Part shown: positions 1-9,343 of the stretch, piece after piece
How the letters are laid out: each line of letters begins with the position of its first letter
How positions within the stretch are numbered: the stretch's first letter is position 1
Source: Acidimicrobiaceae bacterium
GTDB taxonomy: Bacteria; Actinomycetota; Acidimicrobiia; Acidimicrobiales; RAAP-2
Direction of reading: 5' to 3'
Assembly: GCA_003133125.1 (NCBI GenBank)
Contig: PKZO01000009.1
Location: 322-50,535, forward strand
DNA length: 50,214 nt
Notes under the pieces: model-generated
Told to the model about the DNA's origin: nothing
Databases searched by the model: none
The model's input: only the letters and a program-made list of their open reading frames with translations
Made by a program: the position numbers and the translations under genes

Positions 1-255
1 AGTTCGTGGCTGGTGGACCTCACCGCGGCCGCGCTCGCGCGCTCGCCCGAGCTCAGCGAGTTCAGCGGTCGCGTGTCGGACTCGGGCGAAGGGCGCTGGA
101 CCGTGAAGGCCGCCATCGACGAGTCCGTACCGGCACCGGTGATCGCGGCGTCACTCTTCCAGCGCTACGAGTCGCGCGACGAAGGCGACTTCGCCGCCCG
201 CGTGCTCTCGGCGATGCGCGCGCAGTTCGGTGGTCACGCCGAAAAGCCCGCCTGA
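1..255 (+). CDS. gnd: 6-phosphogluconate dehydrogenase (decarboxylating), 3' end only
   Basis: Frame open from base 1: SSWLVDLTA...[29 protein letters not shown]...[11 protein letters not shown], the 6PGDH C-terminal signature; adjacent to gluconokinase. Confidence 0.93.
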   Translation, partial: SSWLVDLTAAALARSPELSEFSGRVSDSGEGRWTVKAAIDESVPAPVIAASLFQRYESRDEGDFAARVLSAMRAQFGGHAEKPA

Positions 256-256
256 G

Positions 257-757
257 GTGACGATCCACTCGATCGTGGTCATGGGGGTGTCGGGGTCGGG
301 TAAGACCACCGTTGGGGAGAATCTCGCCCAACTTCTCGGCGCGCAATTCCTCGACGCGGACTGGCTGCACTCCCACGACAACCTCGAGTCGATGGCGGCG
401 GGACGTCCCCTCAGCGACCAACAGCGCGAACCGTGGCTGCACGCCGTGGGCGAGAACTTGCGCGAAGCCAGCGAGGATGCTCACGACCTGGTGATCGCCT
501 GCTCGGCGCTGCGGCGCCGCTACCGCGACGTACTACGCACCTACGTGCCCGACGTCTATTTCGTGTTCCTCGACGCGACACCCGAGTTGCTTCGAGAGCG
601 CGTCACGACTCGCCAACACGAGTTCATGCCCGCTTCACTGCTCGAGTCGCAGTTAGCGACCCTCGAGCCACTCGGAACCGACGAGCACGGCGTGCGCGAG
701 GACTCCGCGAAGACACCCGAGCAGATCGTGCGCGACGTGATCGACGGGCTTAGCTAG
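257..757 (+). CDS. gntK: Gluconokinase (GntK/IdnK family)
   Basis: MGVSGSGKTT P-loop, DAD.LH, ACSALRRRYR, FMPASLLESQLATLE; GTG start chosen 1 nt after the gnd stop. Confidence 0.92.
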   Translation: MTIHSIVVMGVSGSGKTTVGENLAQLLGAQFLDADWLHSHDNLESMAAGRPLSDQQREPWLHAVGENLREASEDAHDLVIACSALRRRYRDVLRTYVPDVYFVFLDATPELLRERVTTRQHEFMPASLLESQLATLEPLGTDEHGVREDSAKTPEQIVRDVIDGLS

Positions 758-759
758 AG

Positions 760-1965
760 CTAACCAACCCTCAGCGGGATGGCGCGCGGTCCGCGCACCT
801 GGCCCGGCGCCCAGGTCACGTCACTCGAAGGATCGAGCTCGAACTTCTGATAGCGCTTTAGAAACTCCTCGAGCGCGACGCGAAGTTCCAGACGCGCCAA
901 GTTCGATCCCACGCAGCGGTGAATCCCGAGCCCGAACGCCGCGTGACGGTTGACCTCGCGATCGATGATGAACTCGTCGGCCTTGGCGAACACCGCGGGG
1001 TCGCGATTCGCCGCGGGAAAACCCAGCAGGATCCAGTCGTCCTTCTTCATCGGACACCCCCGGAACTCGTAGTCGTCCTTCACGAGACGCGCCATCGTGA
1101 CTGGCGCGTAGAAGCGCAAGAACTCCTCGACCGCGACCTCCATGAGCTCAGGTTCGTCCACCAGTCGCTCGAGGTCCTCGCGGTGGGTCGCCAGGTGCCA
1201 GATCGACGAACCGATCGCGGACCAGGTGGTGTCGATGCCCGCGACGAGGATCAGGACCATCGAGCCGCGCACGTGCTCGGGGGCGAGCTTCTTGCCGTCC
1301 ACCTCGACGTTGAGCAGGAAAGTCGTGAGGTCGTCTCGAGGATTCCTCAGATGGTCCTCGATCTGTGCGCTGAAGTAGGCGTTGATCGGCCAGAAAAGTG
1401 GACCGCGAATCTCGGGCTCGAGATCGACCAGGTCGAGCACCACGTGCACGAAGTCGCGGAACTGATCCTCGTCTTCGGGCGGGAAACCGAGCATTCGTGC
1501 GATCACCCCGGGCGGGATGAACTGGGCGTACTCGTGACCGGCGTCAATCGTGTCGCGCCCGACCAGGGCGTCGAGGTGCTTTTGACACAGGGCGCGGATC
1601 TGGGGCTCGAGAGCGTTGACCGGTTCCGGCGCGAAGGCTGGCAACAAGAGGCGCCTCGCCACGGCGTGAAAGGGCGGGTCCGAGGTGATCGGGGGCGCGC
1701 CACCCATTGGTGCGGGCGGTGCGCCCGGGGGGAACCTGTTCTTGGTCACGACGACCATGCGGCTCGTGAAGTGCTCGGTGTCGTTGGCGATTGCGGACAC
1801 AGCGTCGTGGGTCGTGGGAAACCATCCACTGCCGTAGCGATCGGTGTGCGCGATCGGACAACGTTCTCGCAGGTCATCCCAGATCGGATAAGGGTCGGCG
1901 ACCCACTGAGGATCGGTGTGATCCCAATCGATCGCGAAGTCGCGTACCGGTTCTCGATCAGTCAA
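760..1965 (-). CDS. Cytochrome P450 (paralog 2)
   Basis: AGIDTT I-helix, EEFLR (ExxR), AFGLGIHRCVG heme-Cys; TTG start at 1965 after AAGGGGGG, which aligns its N-terminus with the upstream paralog. Confidence 0.95.
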   Translation of the reverse strand: MTDREPVRDFAIDWDHTDPQWVADPYPIWDDLRERCPIAHTDRYGSGWFPTTHDAVSAIANDTEHFTSRMVVVTKNRFPPGAPPAPMGGAPPITSDPPFHAVARRLLLPAFAPEPVNALEPQIRALCQKHLDALVGRDTIDAGHEYAQFIPPGVIARMLGFPPEDEDQFRDFVHVVLDLVDLEPEIRGPLFWPINAYFSAQIEDHLRNPRDDLTTFLLNVEVDGKKLAPEHVRGSMVLILVAGIDTTWSAIGSSIWHLATHREDLERLVDEPELMEVAVEEFLRFYAPVTMARLVKDDYEFRGCPMKKDDWILLGFPAANRDPAVFAKADEFIIDREVNRHAAFGLGIHRCVGSNLARLELRVALEEFLKRYQKFELDPSSDVTWAPGQVRGPRAIPLRVG

Positions 1966-2002
1966 CTGCCCCCCTTGGGTGACTTGGCGGATCTCGGCGT
2001 CG

Positions 2003-3211
2003 TTAGGCGAGTACGCGAAGTGGGAGGTTGCGCGGACCACGGACCGTGCCCTTGGACCACGTCACCTCGAGGGGGTCGGCGAGTTCAAAGCGTGGGTAAC
2101 GCGCGATGAACTCCTCGATCGCCACGCGCAACTCCATGCGCGCCAGGTTCGATCCGGCGCATCGATGGATCCCCAACCCGAAGGCGACGTGTCGGTTTTC
2201 CGCGCGGTCGATGATGAACCTGTCAGCGTCCTCAAAGACAGCGGGGTCGCGGTTCGCCGCCGGAAAGCCGAGCAGAATCCAGTCGTATTCCTTCATCGGG
2301 CAGCCAAGATATTCCATGTCGTGCTTGACCAGACGGGCCATTGAGACTGGCGCGTAGAAGCGTAGGAACTCCTCGACCGCCACGGGCATCAGATCCGGCT
2401 CGTTCACCAGACGAGCCAGGTCCTCGGGGTGGGTCGCCAGGTGCCAGAGTGAGGCGCCAATCGCCGACCAGGTCGTGTCGATTCCCGCTATCAGCGTGAG
2501 GACCATGGTGCCAAAGATGTGCTCGTCCTGGAGTTTGTTGCCCCCAATCTCGGCGTTCAAGAGGTAGCTCGTGAAGTCGTCGCGAGGGTGTTCTCGGTGA
2601 TCCTCGATCTGCTTGACGAAGTACTCCTCGATCGGTACGAACGCCTCGAAACGTTCCTCCACCTCCTGATCGACCCCTTCCATCACGACGTGGATGATTT
2701 CGCTGAACACCTCTTCATCCTCGGGTGGGAACCCGAGCAGTTGTTGAATGACGGCCGCCGGAATGTGCTGGGCGTAGTCGAGTCCGCCATTGACGACTGC
2801 GTCATCGCCCAGACCGTCGAGCAGACGGCGGCACAGTGCGCGCACCTGTGGTTCCATCTTGTTCACGGGTCCGGGGGCGAGCGGCGGCAGCATGATGCGT
2901 CGAGCGATCGCGTGAAAAGGTGGGTCTGACGATATTGGTGGCGTGACGCCAATGGGTGAGGGCAGCGCCTCCTCACCCGGACGACCGTTGACAATGATCG
3001 GCATACGACTCGTGAAATTCACCGTGTCCTTGGCGACCGCACTGACGCCTTCGTGCGTCGCGGGAAACCACCCGCCGCCAAAACGCTCGGTGTGTGCGAC
3101 GGGACAACGCTGGCGAAGATCGTCCCAGATCGGATACGGGTCCGCGACCCACTGCGGATCGGTGTGATCCCAGTCAGTGGCGAAGTCGTCAACTGGTGGC
3201 TTGATCGTCAT
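2003..3211 (-). CDS. Cytochrome P450 (paralog 1)
   Basis: AGIDTT, EEFLR, AFGLGIHRCAG; GAGGAG SD upstream. Confidence 0.96.
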   Translation of the reverse strand: MTIKPPVDDFATDWDHTDPQWVADPYPIWDDLRQRCPVAHTERFGGGWFPATHEGVSAVAKDTVNFTSRMPIIVNGRPGEEALPSPIGVTPPISSDPPFHAIARRIMLPPLAPGPVNKMEPQVRALCRRLLDGLGDDAVVNGGLDYAQHIPAAVIQQLLGFPPEDEEVFSEIIHVVMEGVDQEVEERFEAFVPIEEYFVKQIEDHREHPRDDFTSYLLNAEIGGNKLQDEHIFGTMVLTLIAGIDTTWSAIGASLWHLATHPEDLARLVNEPDLMPVAVEEFLRFYAPVSMARLVKHDMEYLGCPMKEYDWILLGFPAANRDPAVFEDADRFIIDRAENRHVAFGLGIHRCAGSNLARMELRVAIEEFIARYPRFELADPLEVTWSKGTVRGPRNLPLRVLA

Positions 3212-3213
3212 GG

Positions 3214-3408
3214 TTACTCCTCGATGAAAATCGCGTGCTCGGGACAGTTGGACTGGGCTAGTCGCGCCAACTCAAGGCCTTGATCGGTGAGGGTGCCGTC
3301 AGCGATCACCACGCCATTACCCAGGTCGTCAAAGGTGAAGATGCGCGGCGCTATCGAAAAACAGCGTCCTTGACCTTGGCAGATATCTGCGTCGATGGAA
3401 ACCTTCAC
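3214..3408 (-). CDS. Ferredoxin, [3Fe-4S]-type P450 partner
   Basis: CQGQGRC...CPEHAI motif, 64 aa, AAGGAGG SD, first gene of the P450 operon. Confidence 0.93.
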   Translation of the reverse strand: MKVSIDADICQGQGRCFSIAPRIFTFDDLGNGVVIADGTLTDQGLELARLAQSNCPEHAIFIEE

Positions 3409-3434
3409 GACCCCTCCTTCGTGTTAGCGAGACC

Positions 3435-3448
3435 TTACTACTCGGTAA
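3435..3448. promoter_or_regulatory. Putative operator palindrome TTAC-N6-GTAA upstream of the ferredoxin-P450 operon
   Basis: ttactactcggtaa in an AT-rich intergenic stretch. Confidence 0.35.
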
Positions 3449-3535
3449 TCATTCAAGAGTAAAGGCTTAGTTGGAAGAGGAAGCACTTTTTCCTCACAGG
3501 CCCGAGCGCCCCGGGACGAGACGGGAATCCGCCCG

Positions 3536-4717
3536 CTATTCGGTGTCGATCTCCTCGCGGCTTATGCCGAGGAAATAGAGGACTGCGTCCAGATACGGCA
3601 CCGAGAGGGCCGCGTCGGCGTGCTCTTGGACGACGGGCTTGGCGTTAAAGGCAATGCCGAGGCCCGCGACCGAGATCATGTCGATGTCGTTCGCCCCGTC
3701 GCCGACCGCGACGGTCTGCTCGAGCGGGACGCCCACCTCGCGTGCGAAACGCTCGAGCGCGCGCGCCTTGCCCGCGCGGTCGACAATGGGAGCGGCGAGA
3801 CGCCCAGTGATGACACCATCTTTGATCTCGAGCCGGTTCGCCTCGAGGTAGTCCACGTGCAGTTCGGCGAGTAGCGGCGCCAGGACTTCGACGAATCCGC
3901 CCGAAACGACCGCGGGCACGTAGCCGAGGCGCAGGAGGGTCCGCAGCAGCGTGCGCGCTCCCGGTGTGAGTCGCAACTTGGCGCGCACCTCATCGAGCAC
4001 CGATTCGGGCAGTCCCTCGAGCAAGGCAACGCGCCGGCGAAGAGACTCGGCGAAATCGATGGCACCGGACATCGCCGCCTCGGTGATCACCGACACCTCC
4101 TCGGCGCACCCACACGCGTCGGCGAGCAGGTCGATCACCTCATCTTGGAGCAAGGTCGAATCGGCATCCATCACGACCAGGTGCTTGGCGCGTCGGTGTA
4201 GCCCCGCGCGCTGGACCGCCAGATCGAGACCCACGCTCTTGGCGACGCCCGCGAGCGCCTCGCGCAACACCGAGTGATTGCTACCGCGCACGACGAGCTC
4301 GTAGCAGTCAACGGGATAGCTCGCGAGGTGCACGATCCTCTCGCAGGTCGAATCATTGCGCGCGAACGTAGCAAAGACGGCGTCGAGTTGTCGCGCGCTG
4401 ATCGAAGGGGCGAGCAGAGTGACGAGCAGTCGCCCACCGTGCACCACGTCGCTCGGGGTCACTGGCTCGACGCTCGCGCTTATTCCCGCTCGTTCGATGT
4501 CGCGCTTGGTCAAGGCGAGCCTGATCTTCTCGATCGTCACGCCCTCGTCAACGCCGACCTCGGCGCACAGCACCAACGCACCTCGGATCGTGATCTGCGC
4601 GACGTCGCTCAACGTGGCGCCGAGTTCGTCGAGTGACGCGAGCGCGGCGAAGAGTTCAGCACCCACGCCCACGCGATCGGGCCCGCTCACGGTCACGAGG
4701 AAGGTGGACGCAGTCAC
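3536..4717 (-). CDS. serB: Phosphoserine phosphatase with ACT domains
   Basis: VTVSGPDRVG ACT start, DADSTL HAD motif I, VSGGF, GDGANDIDM; GTG at 4717 preceded by TACGCT-N6. Confidence 0.93.
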   Translation of the reverse strand: MTASTFLVTVSGPDRVGVGAELFAALASLDELGATLSDVAQITIRGALVLCAEVGVDEGVTIEKIRLALTKRDIERAGISASVEPVTPSDVVHGGRLLVTLLAPSISARQLDAVFATFARNDSTCERIVHLASYPVDCYELVVRGSNHSVLREALAGVAKSVGLDLAVQRAGLHRRAKHLVVMDADSTLLQDEVIDLLADACGCAEEVSVITEAAMSGAIDFAESLRRRVALLEGLPESVLDEVRAKLRLTPGARTLLRTLLRLGYVPAVVSGGFVEVLAPLLAELHVDYLEANRLEIKDGVITGRLAAPIVDRAGKARALERFAREVGVPLEQTVAVGDGANDIDMISVAGLGIAFNAKPVVQEHADAALSVPYLDAVLYFLGISREEIDTE

Positions 4718-4775
4718 GTTAGAAGCGTAGAGGTTTCGCTTTGGACGAACCGGTCGCTCGCGCCACGTTCGGCTC

Positions 4776-6059
4776 TCAGCCCTCGCCCGGGGTGCGCTCG
4801 TCGCGCTCGCGTAGCTCGCGGACCTCGGCGACGTGCGGGTCGCTTCGCGAATCGAAGCGCCACAGCGAGGGCAGGCCCGCCGCCACGGCGCCGATCGAAC
4901 CGGTGCAGGCGAGACCCCCAAAGGTGAGCGAGAAACGAAGCGACGTCCAGGCCGCCATGGCCCCGGCGCGGAACTGACCCGCCATTGGCCCGAGCGCGTA
5001 GGAAATCATCTCGAGCCCGCCCATACGACCGCGGACCGATGGCGGTATCGACTGGTTCCAGATGGTCTGGCGAAAGGCTCCGCTGTAGGCGTCGGCGCCC
5101 CCAGCACCAGCGAGACCGAGGAACACTATCCACAGCGTCGAGGAGTAACCAAAGATCGCGATGCCGATCCCCCACCCGGCGGCGGCGAAGACGAGTCCCC
5201 GACCGAGTCGATGCACCCGGAGGGTCCACTTGGAGGCGAGCGTCGCGAGCAGGGCCCCTCCCGGCAACGCGCAGTAGAGCAGGGACAGGGCGTAGGTCTC
5301 ATGAAAGTGGACCGCGACGAACGGCAACATCACGACGGGGTAAGCCATGGCCATTGCCAGAAGGTCGACCAGGTAGGTCCCGATGATGTCAGGACGCGTG
5401 CGCGCGTAACGCACGCCTTCGCGCATCAAGGCCGTCTGGCTCTCGGTGCGCTCAACGAGCGAGTGAACAGGCGCGAGGGTGACGAACAGACCTATCGAGA
5501 ACACGAAGGTGACCACGTTAAAGAAATAGGCCCAACCCGGTCCGATGAGCACGGACAACAGTCCGCCCAGGGCAGGACCGATGATCGACATCGACGTTCC
5601 TCGCAGCACGTTCAGCTGTGACGCCGCGCGCTGCTGATCGTGGTGCACGAGTATCTGGTTCATCGCCGAGATGCTGGGCGTCTGAACGCTGCCCGCGGAG
5701 ACGATGAAGGCGTCGAGCACGAAGATCGCCCAGACCTGGGGGTGATGGATGAACGCGTTCACAACCAGCAGCGACGTCGCTACCATCAAGGTCACCTCAC
5801 TCAGGATGATGACGCGACGCCGGTTCCACCGGTCCGCGATGACCCCGCCGTAGAGACCGAAGAAGAGCAACGGCGTGAGCTCGACCAGTCCGAGCGCACC
5901 GACCTCGAGCGTCGAATGCGTGAGCTGGCGAAGCTGGTAGGCGGTCGCAACGTAGGTCGCCTGTCCCCCGAGCGCCGAGAAGAGACCCGCGACGTAGAGG
6001 CGCCGATACTGCTTGGAAGCCCGAAGCGGTGAGAGGTCGATGCCGAACAGCGAATTCAA
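4776..6059 (-). CDS. MFS transporter (EntS/DHA3-like)
   Basis: About 12 hydrophobic segments, GGVIADRWNRRR motif A, IDLSPLR N-terminus; TTG start overlaps the upstream TGA. Confidence 0.88.
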   Translation of the reverse strand: MNSLFGIDLSPLRASKQYRRLYVAGLFSALGGQATYVATAYQLRQLTHSTLEVGALGLVELTPLLFFGLYGGVIADRWNRRRVIILSEVTLMVATSLLVVNAFIHHPQVWAIFVLDAFIVSAGSVQTPSISAMNQILVHHDQQRAASQLNVLRGTSMSIIGPALGGLLSVLIGPGWAYFFNVVTFVFSIGLFVTLAPVHSLVERTESQTALMREGVRYARTRPDIIGTYLVDLLAMAMAYPVVMLPFVAVHFHETYALSLLYCALPGGALLATLASKWTLRVHRLGRGLVFAAAGWGIGIAIFGYSSTLWIVFLGLAGAGGADAYSGAFRQTIWNQSIPPSVRGRMGGLEMISYALGPMAGQFRAGAMAAWTSLRFSLTFGGLACTGSIGAVAAGLPSLWRFDSRSDPHVAEVRELRERDERTPGEG

Positions 6060-6697
6060 TTGACCGGGCCCGCTTGCCAGCCGTCCTTTTCGGAGTAGTG
6101 GCGAAGCACCTTGGCGGGCACGCCGCCGAGCACGACATGGTCGGGGAAGGTGCCTCGCACGACGGCGCCCGCCGCTACGACAGTATTCCTCCCGAGGGTC
6201 GTGCCCGGAAGGATGACCGCGTTGGCACCGAGCCAACTGCCCGAACCGATGCTCACCGCGCGTTCGTTCGGCGTTTGCCAGCCCACCGGTTCGTCGGGAT
6301 CGTCGTAGGAGTGGTTCTGATCGGTGATGTAGACGTAAGGGCCTGTTTGGATCTCGTCGCCCAGCGCGATCGACCAGTGTCCGATTATGTGCGAGCCACG
6401 CCCGATGATGCAGCGTTTGCCGATGCTCACGACGGGCGAGGAGAGCATCTCCTGGTCGCCACTGATGCCCGCCGTGAGACAGACGTTCGGACCAATCAAC
6501 GTCTCGTTACCGATCGACAAGTAGCGCTCGTTGTAGAGCACCCCCTGAGGCGCCATGAGAGCCGCCCGGTCACCGAAATAGTGGAACCGCTTCGCGTACT
6601 CGTCCGTGGGTCCGACCGTGGCGACCTCGTTCGCGTACGCGCGCGCACGACGGATCGTCGAACCCAGTAATCGACGGAAACGAAGTCGGACACTCAC
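6056..6697 (-). CDS. Hexapeptide-repeat (left-handed beta-helix) acyltransferase
   Basis: IGNETLIGPNV, IGSGSWLGANAVILPGTTLGRNTVVAAGAVV...GVPAKV; start at GTG 6697 after TAGCGT-N7. Confidence 0.88.
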   Translation of the reverse strand: MSVRLRFRRLLGSTIRRARAYANEVATVGPTDEYAKRFHYFGDRAALMAPQGVLYNERYLSIGNETLIGPNVCLTAGISGDQEMLSSPVVSIGKRCIIGRGSHIIGHWSIALGDEIQTGPYVYITDQNHSYDDPDEPVGWQTPNERAVSIGSGSWLGANAVILPGTTLGRNTVVAAGAVVRGTFPDHVVLGGVPAKVLRHYSEKDGWQAGPVN

Positions 6698-6754
6698 CCG
6701 TGTCACGCTACCGCCGCTTGCGATGAGACCGTGAGAAATGGGTATCGTCATGAA

Positions 6755-8200
6755 ATGATTCTCAACGTGGCGGTGATCGGCTCGGGCTTCGGTGGGCTCG
6801 GCACGGCCATTCGACTCAAGGACGCCGGGATCGGGAATTTCGTACTGTTCGAGCGCGCCAGCGATCTCGGCGGAACGTGGCGCGACAACACGTACCCCGG
6901 TTGTCGCTGCGACGTCGCGAGCGATCTTTACTCCTTCTCCTTTGAACCCAACCCTCGCTGGTCCAATACCTTCAGCTACCAGCCCGAGATCTGGGCGTAC
7001 CTCCAGGACGTCGCAGCCAAAAACGACCTTCGAAAGCTCATCAAGTTCAACCACGACGTCACCGACGTCTCCTTTGACTCGCCGTCCAAGCTCTGGATCC
7101 TCACGACCAGCCAGGGCGTCTTTCAGGCGCGCAACGTCGTGCTCGCCGCCGGAGGGCTCGCCGAAGCACGCATGCCCGACATCGAGGGCATCGATTCGTT
7201 CGCGGGTCCGATCATGCACACCGCTCGCTGGGACGAGTCCGTGGGTCTGGCGGGAAAGCGTGTGGGCGTGATCGGTACGGGTGCGAGCGCCATCCAAACG
7301 GTCCCCCAGATCGCTCCCGTGGTCGCAAGCCTCGAGGTCTTCCAGCGCACGCCGTCGTGGATACTGCCTCACCTCGGCCACCAGGTGAGCGAGCGCAGCA
7401 AGCGACTGTTCTCGGCAATGCCCCTCGCACAAAAGCTCGTGCGCAGCCTCGGCTACTGGCGACGCGAGTTGATGGTCCTCGGTTTTGTGAAGGATCCCTC
7501 GAAAATGACCAAAGGCGAGACCCTCGCTCGTGAACATCTCGCACGCCAGGTCCACGACTCCCAACTGCGCGAGCGCATGACGCCCCACTACCGACTCGGT
7601 TGCAAGCGGGTGCTGATCAGCAACGACTACTACCCCGCGTTCTCAAGAGAGAACGTCGCGCTCGTCACCGAACCAATTGAACGGATTGAACGATGGGGCA
7701 TTCGCACAACCGACGGCGCGCTGCACGAGTTCGACTTGCTGATCGCCGCAACTGGCTTCTACGTCACCGACAATCCAGCGTGCGAAATGGTTCACGGCGC
7801 CAAGGGCGAGAAACTCGTCGAAGCGTTTCGCGGCGACATGGCCAACTATAAGGGCACTATGTTTCCGGACTTTCCTAACCTCTTCATGCTGGGTGGTCCC
7901 AACACGGCACTTGGGCACTCATCGATCATCTTCATGCACGAGAGCCAGCTCAACTACATCGTCAAAGCCGTCAAGGTCGCCCTCGAGCGCGACGCCCGAA
8001 TCGAACCGACGATCGACGCCGCGCGCAAATGGACCGAAGAGCTCCAGCAGAAACTGCCCGGCTCCGTCTGGGGCACGGGGTGCTCGAGTTGGTACCTCAA
8101 CGCCCACGGCAAGAACACCACTATCTGGCCCGACTTCACGTTCAAGTTCCGCCAGGAGACCAGACACTTTGATCCAAAGGATCACGAGATCTCAGTCTAG
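6755..8200 (+). CDS. Flavin-containing monooxygenase, type I Baeyer-Villiger family
   Basis: GSGFGG and GTGASA Rossmann motifs, GGTWRDNTYPG, FAGPIMHTARWD fingerprint; ATG 6755 after TATCGT-N6. Confidence 0.92.
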   Translation: MILNVAVIGSGFGGLGTAIRLKDAGIGNFVLFERASDLGGTWRDNTYPGCRCDVASDLYSFSFEPNPRWSNTFSYQPEIWAYLQDVAAKNDLRKLIKFNHDVTDVSFDSPSKLWILTTSQGVFQARNVVLAAGGLAEARMPDIEGIDSFAGPIMHTARWDESVGLAGKRVGVIGTGASAIQTVPQIAPVVASLEVFQRTPSWILPHLGHQVSERSKRLFSAMPLAQKLVRSLGYWRRELMVLGFVKDPSKMTKGETLAREHLARQVHDSQLRERMTPHYRLGCKRVLISNDYYPAFSRENVALVTEPIERIERWGIRTTDGALHEFDLLIAATGFYVTDNPACEMVHGAKGEKLVEAFRGDMANYKGTMFPDFPNLFMLGGPNTALGHSSIIFMHESQLNYIVKAVKVALERDARIEPTIDAARKWTEELQQKLPGSVWGTGCSSWYLNAHGKNTTIWPDFTFKFRQETRHFDPKDHEISV

Positions 8201-8221
8201 GAATTGGTAGGTAAGTCCTGG

Positions 8222-9274
8222 CTAGTAGTGGGCGACGATCCGTTTCGCTGGACCGTCAACGGTCATTCGCCCCCCGTAGGGCAGGACGTACTGGGGATCG
8301 GTGTGCCCAAAGTCCGGACCGAAGACCACCATGACGTGGGGATGATAGATCGAAAGCGCCCGCATCACTGCTTCCTCTTGATCGAGGCGGAATCGTGCAC
8401 GCTCGGCTTGGCCCAGTGGCGCCTGCGTGTGCCAGGCCTTAGCCTTGGCGAACACCACGGCCGCGAATTGTGAGAGCAGGCCGCGCTCACCCATGTTGCG
8501 AAGCATCCGGAACACCTCGTCGGCCGAAGGCATCTCTTCGGATGTCTCGAGCAACAACACGCAGTCGCGGTACGACTCGTTGGGCAAGATCCAGCGATCA
8601 GCGGCCAGGTTCCAATGGAGGATCTCGAGGTTCCCTCCCCACGTCGGACCAGTGACGACCTCGCTGGCATTGTGCCAGTGCCAGCCCGGTTCCTTGGTCG
8701 TCGCGAGTTCATCGACCAACGTCGTGACGTCACTCCAATCAGGTTGCAAGTCAGTGAACGATTCCAAGGGCAGGATCTCGACACTCTCGTGATCAAAAAG
8801 CGCGTGACGAAGTGAAGAGAGAAACGCTGGATGAACGCCACCCGGTCGCGCCAGGTGTACGAGAGTCGAGCCGCCGTGGTAGCTCGATATCCCCAAGCGC
8901 CACAAGTAGTTCAGGAGATTGGTGTTGTCCGAATAGCCAAAGAACGCCTTCGGATTGGCGAGCAGGACTTCGGGGTCCAGATACGGCAGGAGCATGATCT
9001 GGTCGGAACCCCCGATGGTCGCCATGAGGGCCTTGATCTCGGGATCGGCGAATGCGGCGTTGACGTCGCGCGCGCGCTCGATCGCACTCGCCCCGACCTG
9101 ACGCGTCGTGGGGTACTCGACCGGCACGAGTCCCAGATCGTCGGGCAGTACGCGTAGACCGAGTTCGTGGACTGCGGGAAAGGCCCCGGCGCCAGCCCAT
9201 GAGGGCGAGAGGATCGCGATCCGGTCACCAGGAACGAGTTTCGGTGGCCCTTGCAAAGGCTCGCGGCTCGACAT
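8222..9274 (-). CDS. S66 family peptidase (LD-carboxypeptidase / MccF-like)
   Basis: IAILSPS, IGGSD, GYSDNT (Ser), GGNL, LLLE (Glu), FGHTDP (His). Confidence 0.9.
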   Translation of the reverse strand: MSSREPLQGPPKLVPGDRIAILSPSWAGAGAFPAVHELGLRVLPDDLGLVPVEYPTTRQVGASAIERARDVNAAFADPEIKALMATIGGSDQIMLLPYLDPEVLLANPKAFFGYSDNTNLLNYLWRLGISSYHGGSTLVHLARPGGVHPAFLSSLRHALFDHESVEILPLESFTDLQPDWSDVTTLVDELATTKEPGWHWHNASEVVTGPTWGGNLEILHWNLAADRWILPNESYRDCVLLLETSEEMPSADEVFRMLRNMGERGLLSQFAAVVFAKAKAWHTQAPLGQAERARFRLDQEEAVMRALSIYHPHVMVVFGPDFGHTDPQYVLPYGGRMTVDGPAKRIVAHY

Positions 9275-9343
9275 TCGCTCCACCGTACTCCTGAGGCGTC
9301 CGTGCGGGCTACCGCTCGGTGCCTTCGCACCGGGAGATATCGC

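Noticed and set aside
919-2109. Long antisense ORFs (also 9434-10357, 12057-13022, 17562-18686, 40083-40976, 43552-44238)
   Set aside because: Shadow frames of well-supported genes in high-GC DNA; no recognisable motifs
6056-7588. 510-aa ORF suggesting a long acyltransferase fusion
   Set aside because: The N-terminal ~300 aa are mostly the antisense of the BVMO gene; the real gene starts near 6697
8222-9274. MccF microcin-immunity or bacteriocin cluster
   Set aside because: No microcin precursor or biosynthesis genes nearby; stand-alone S66 peptidases are common
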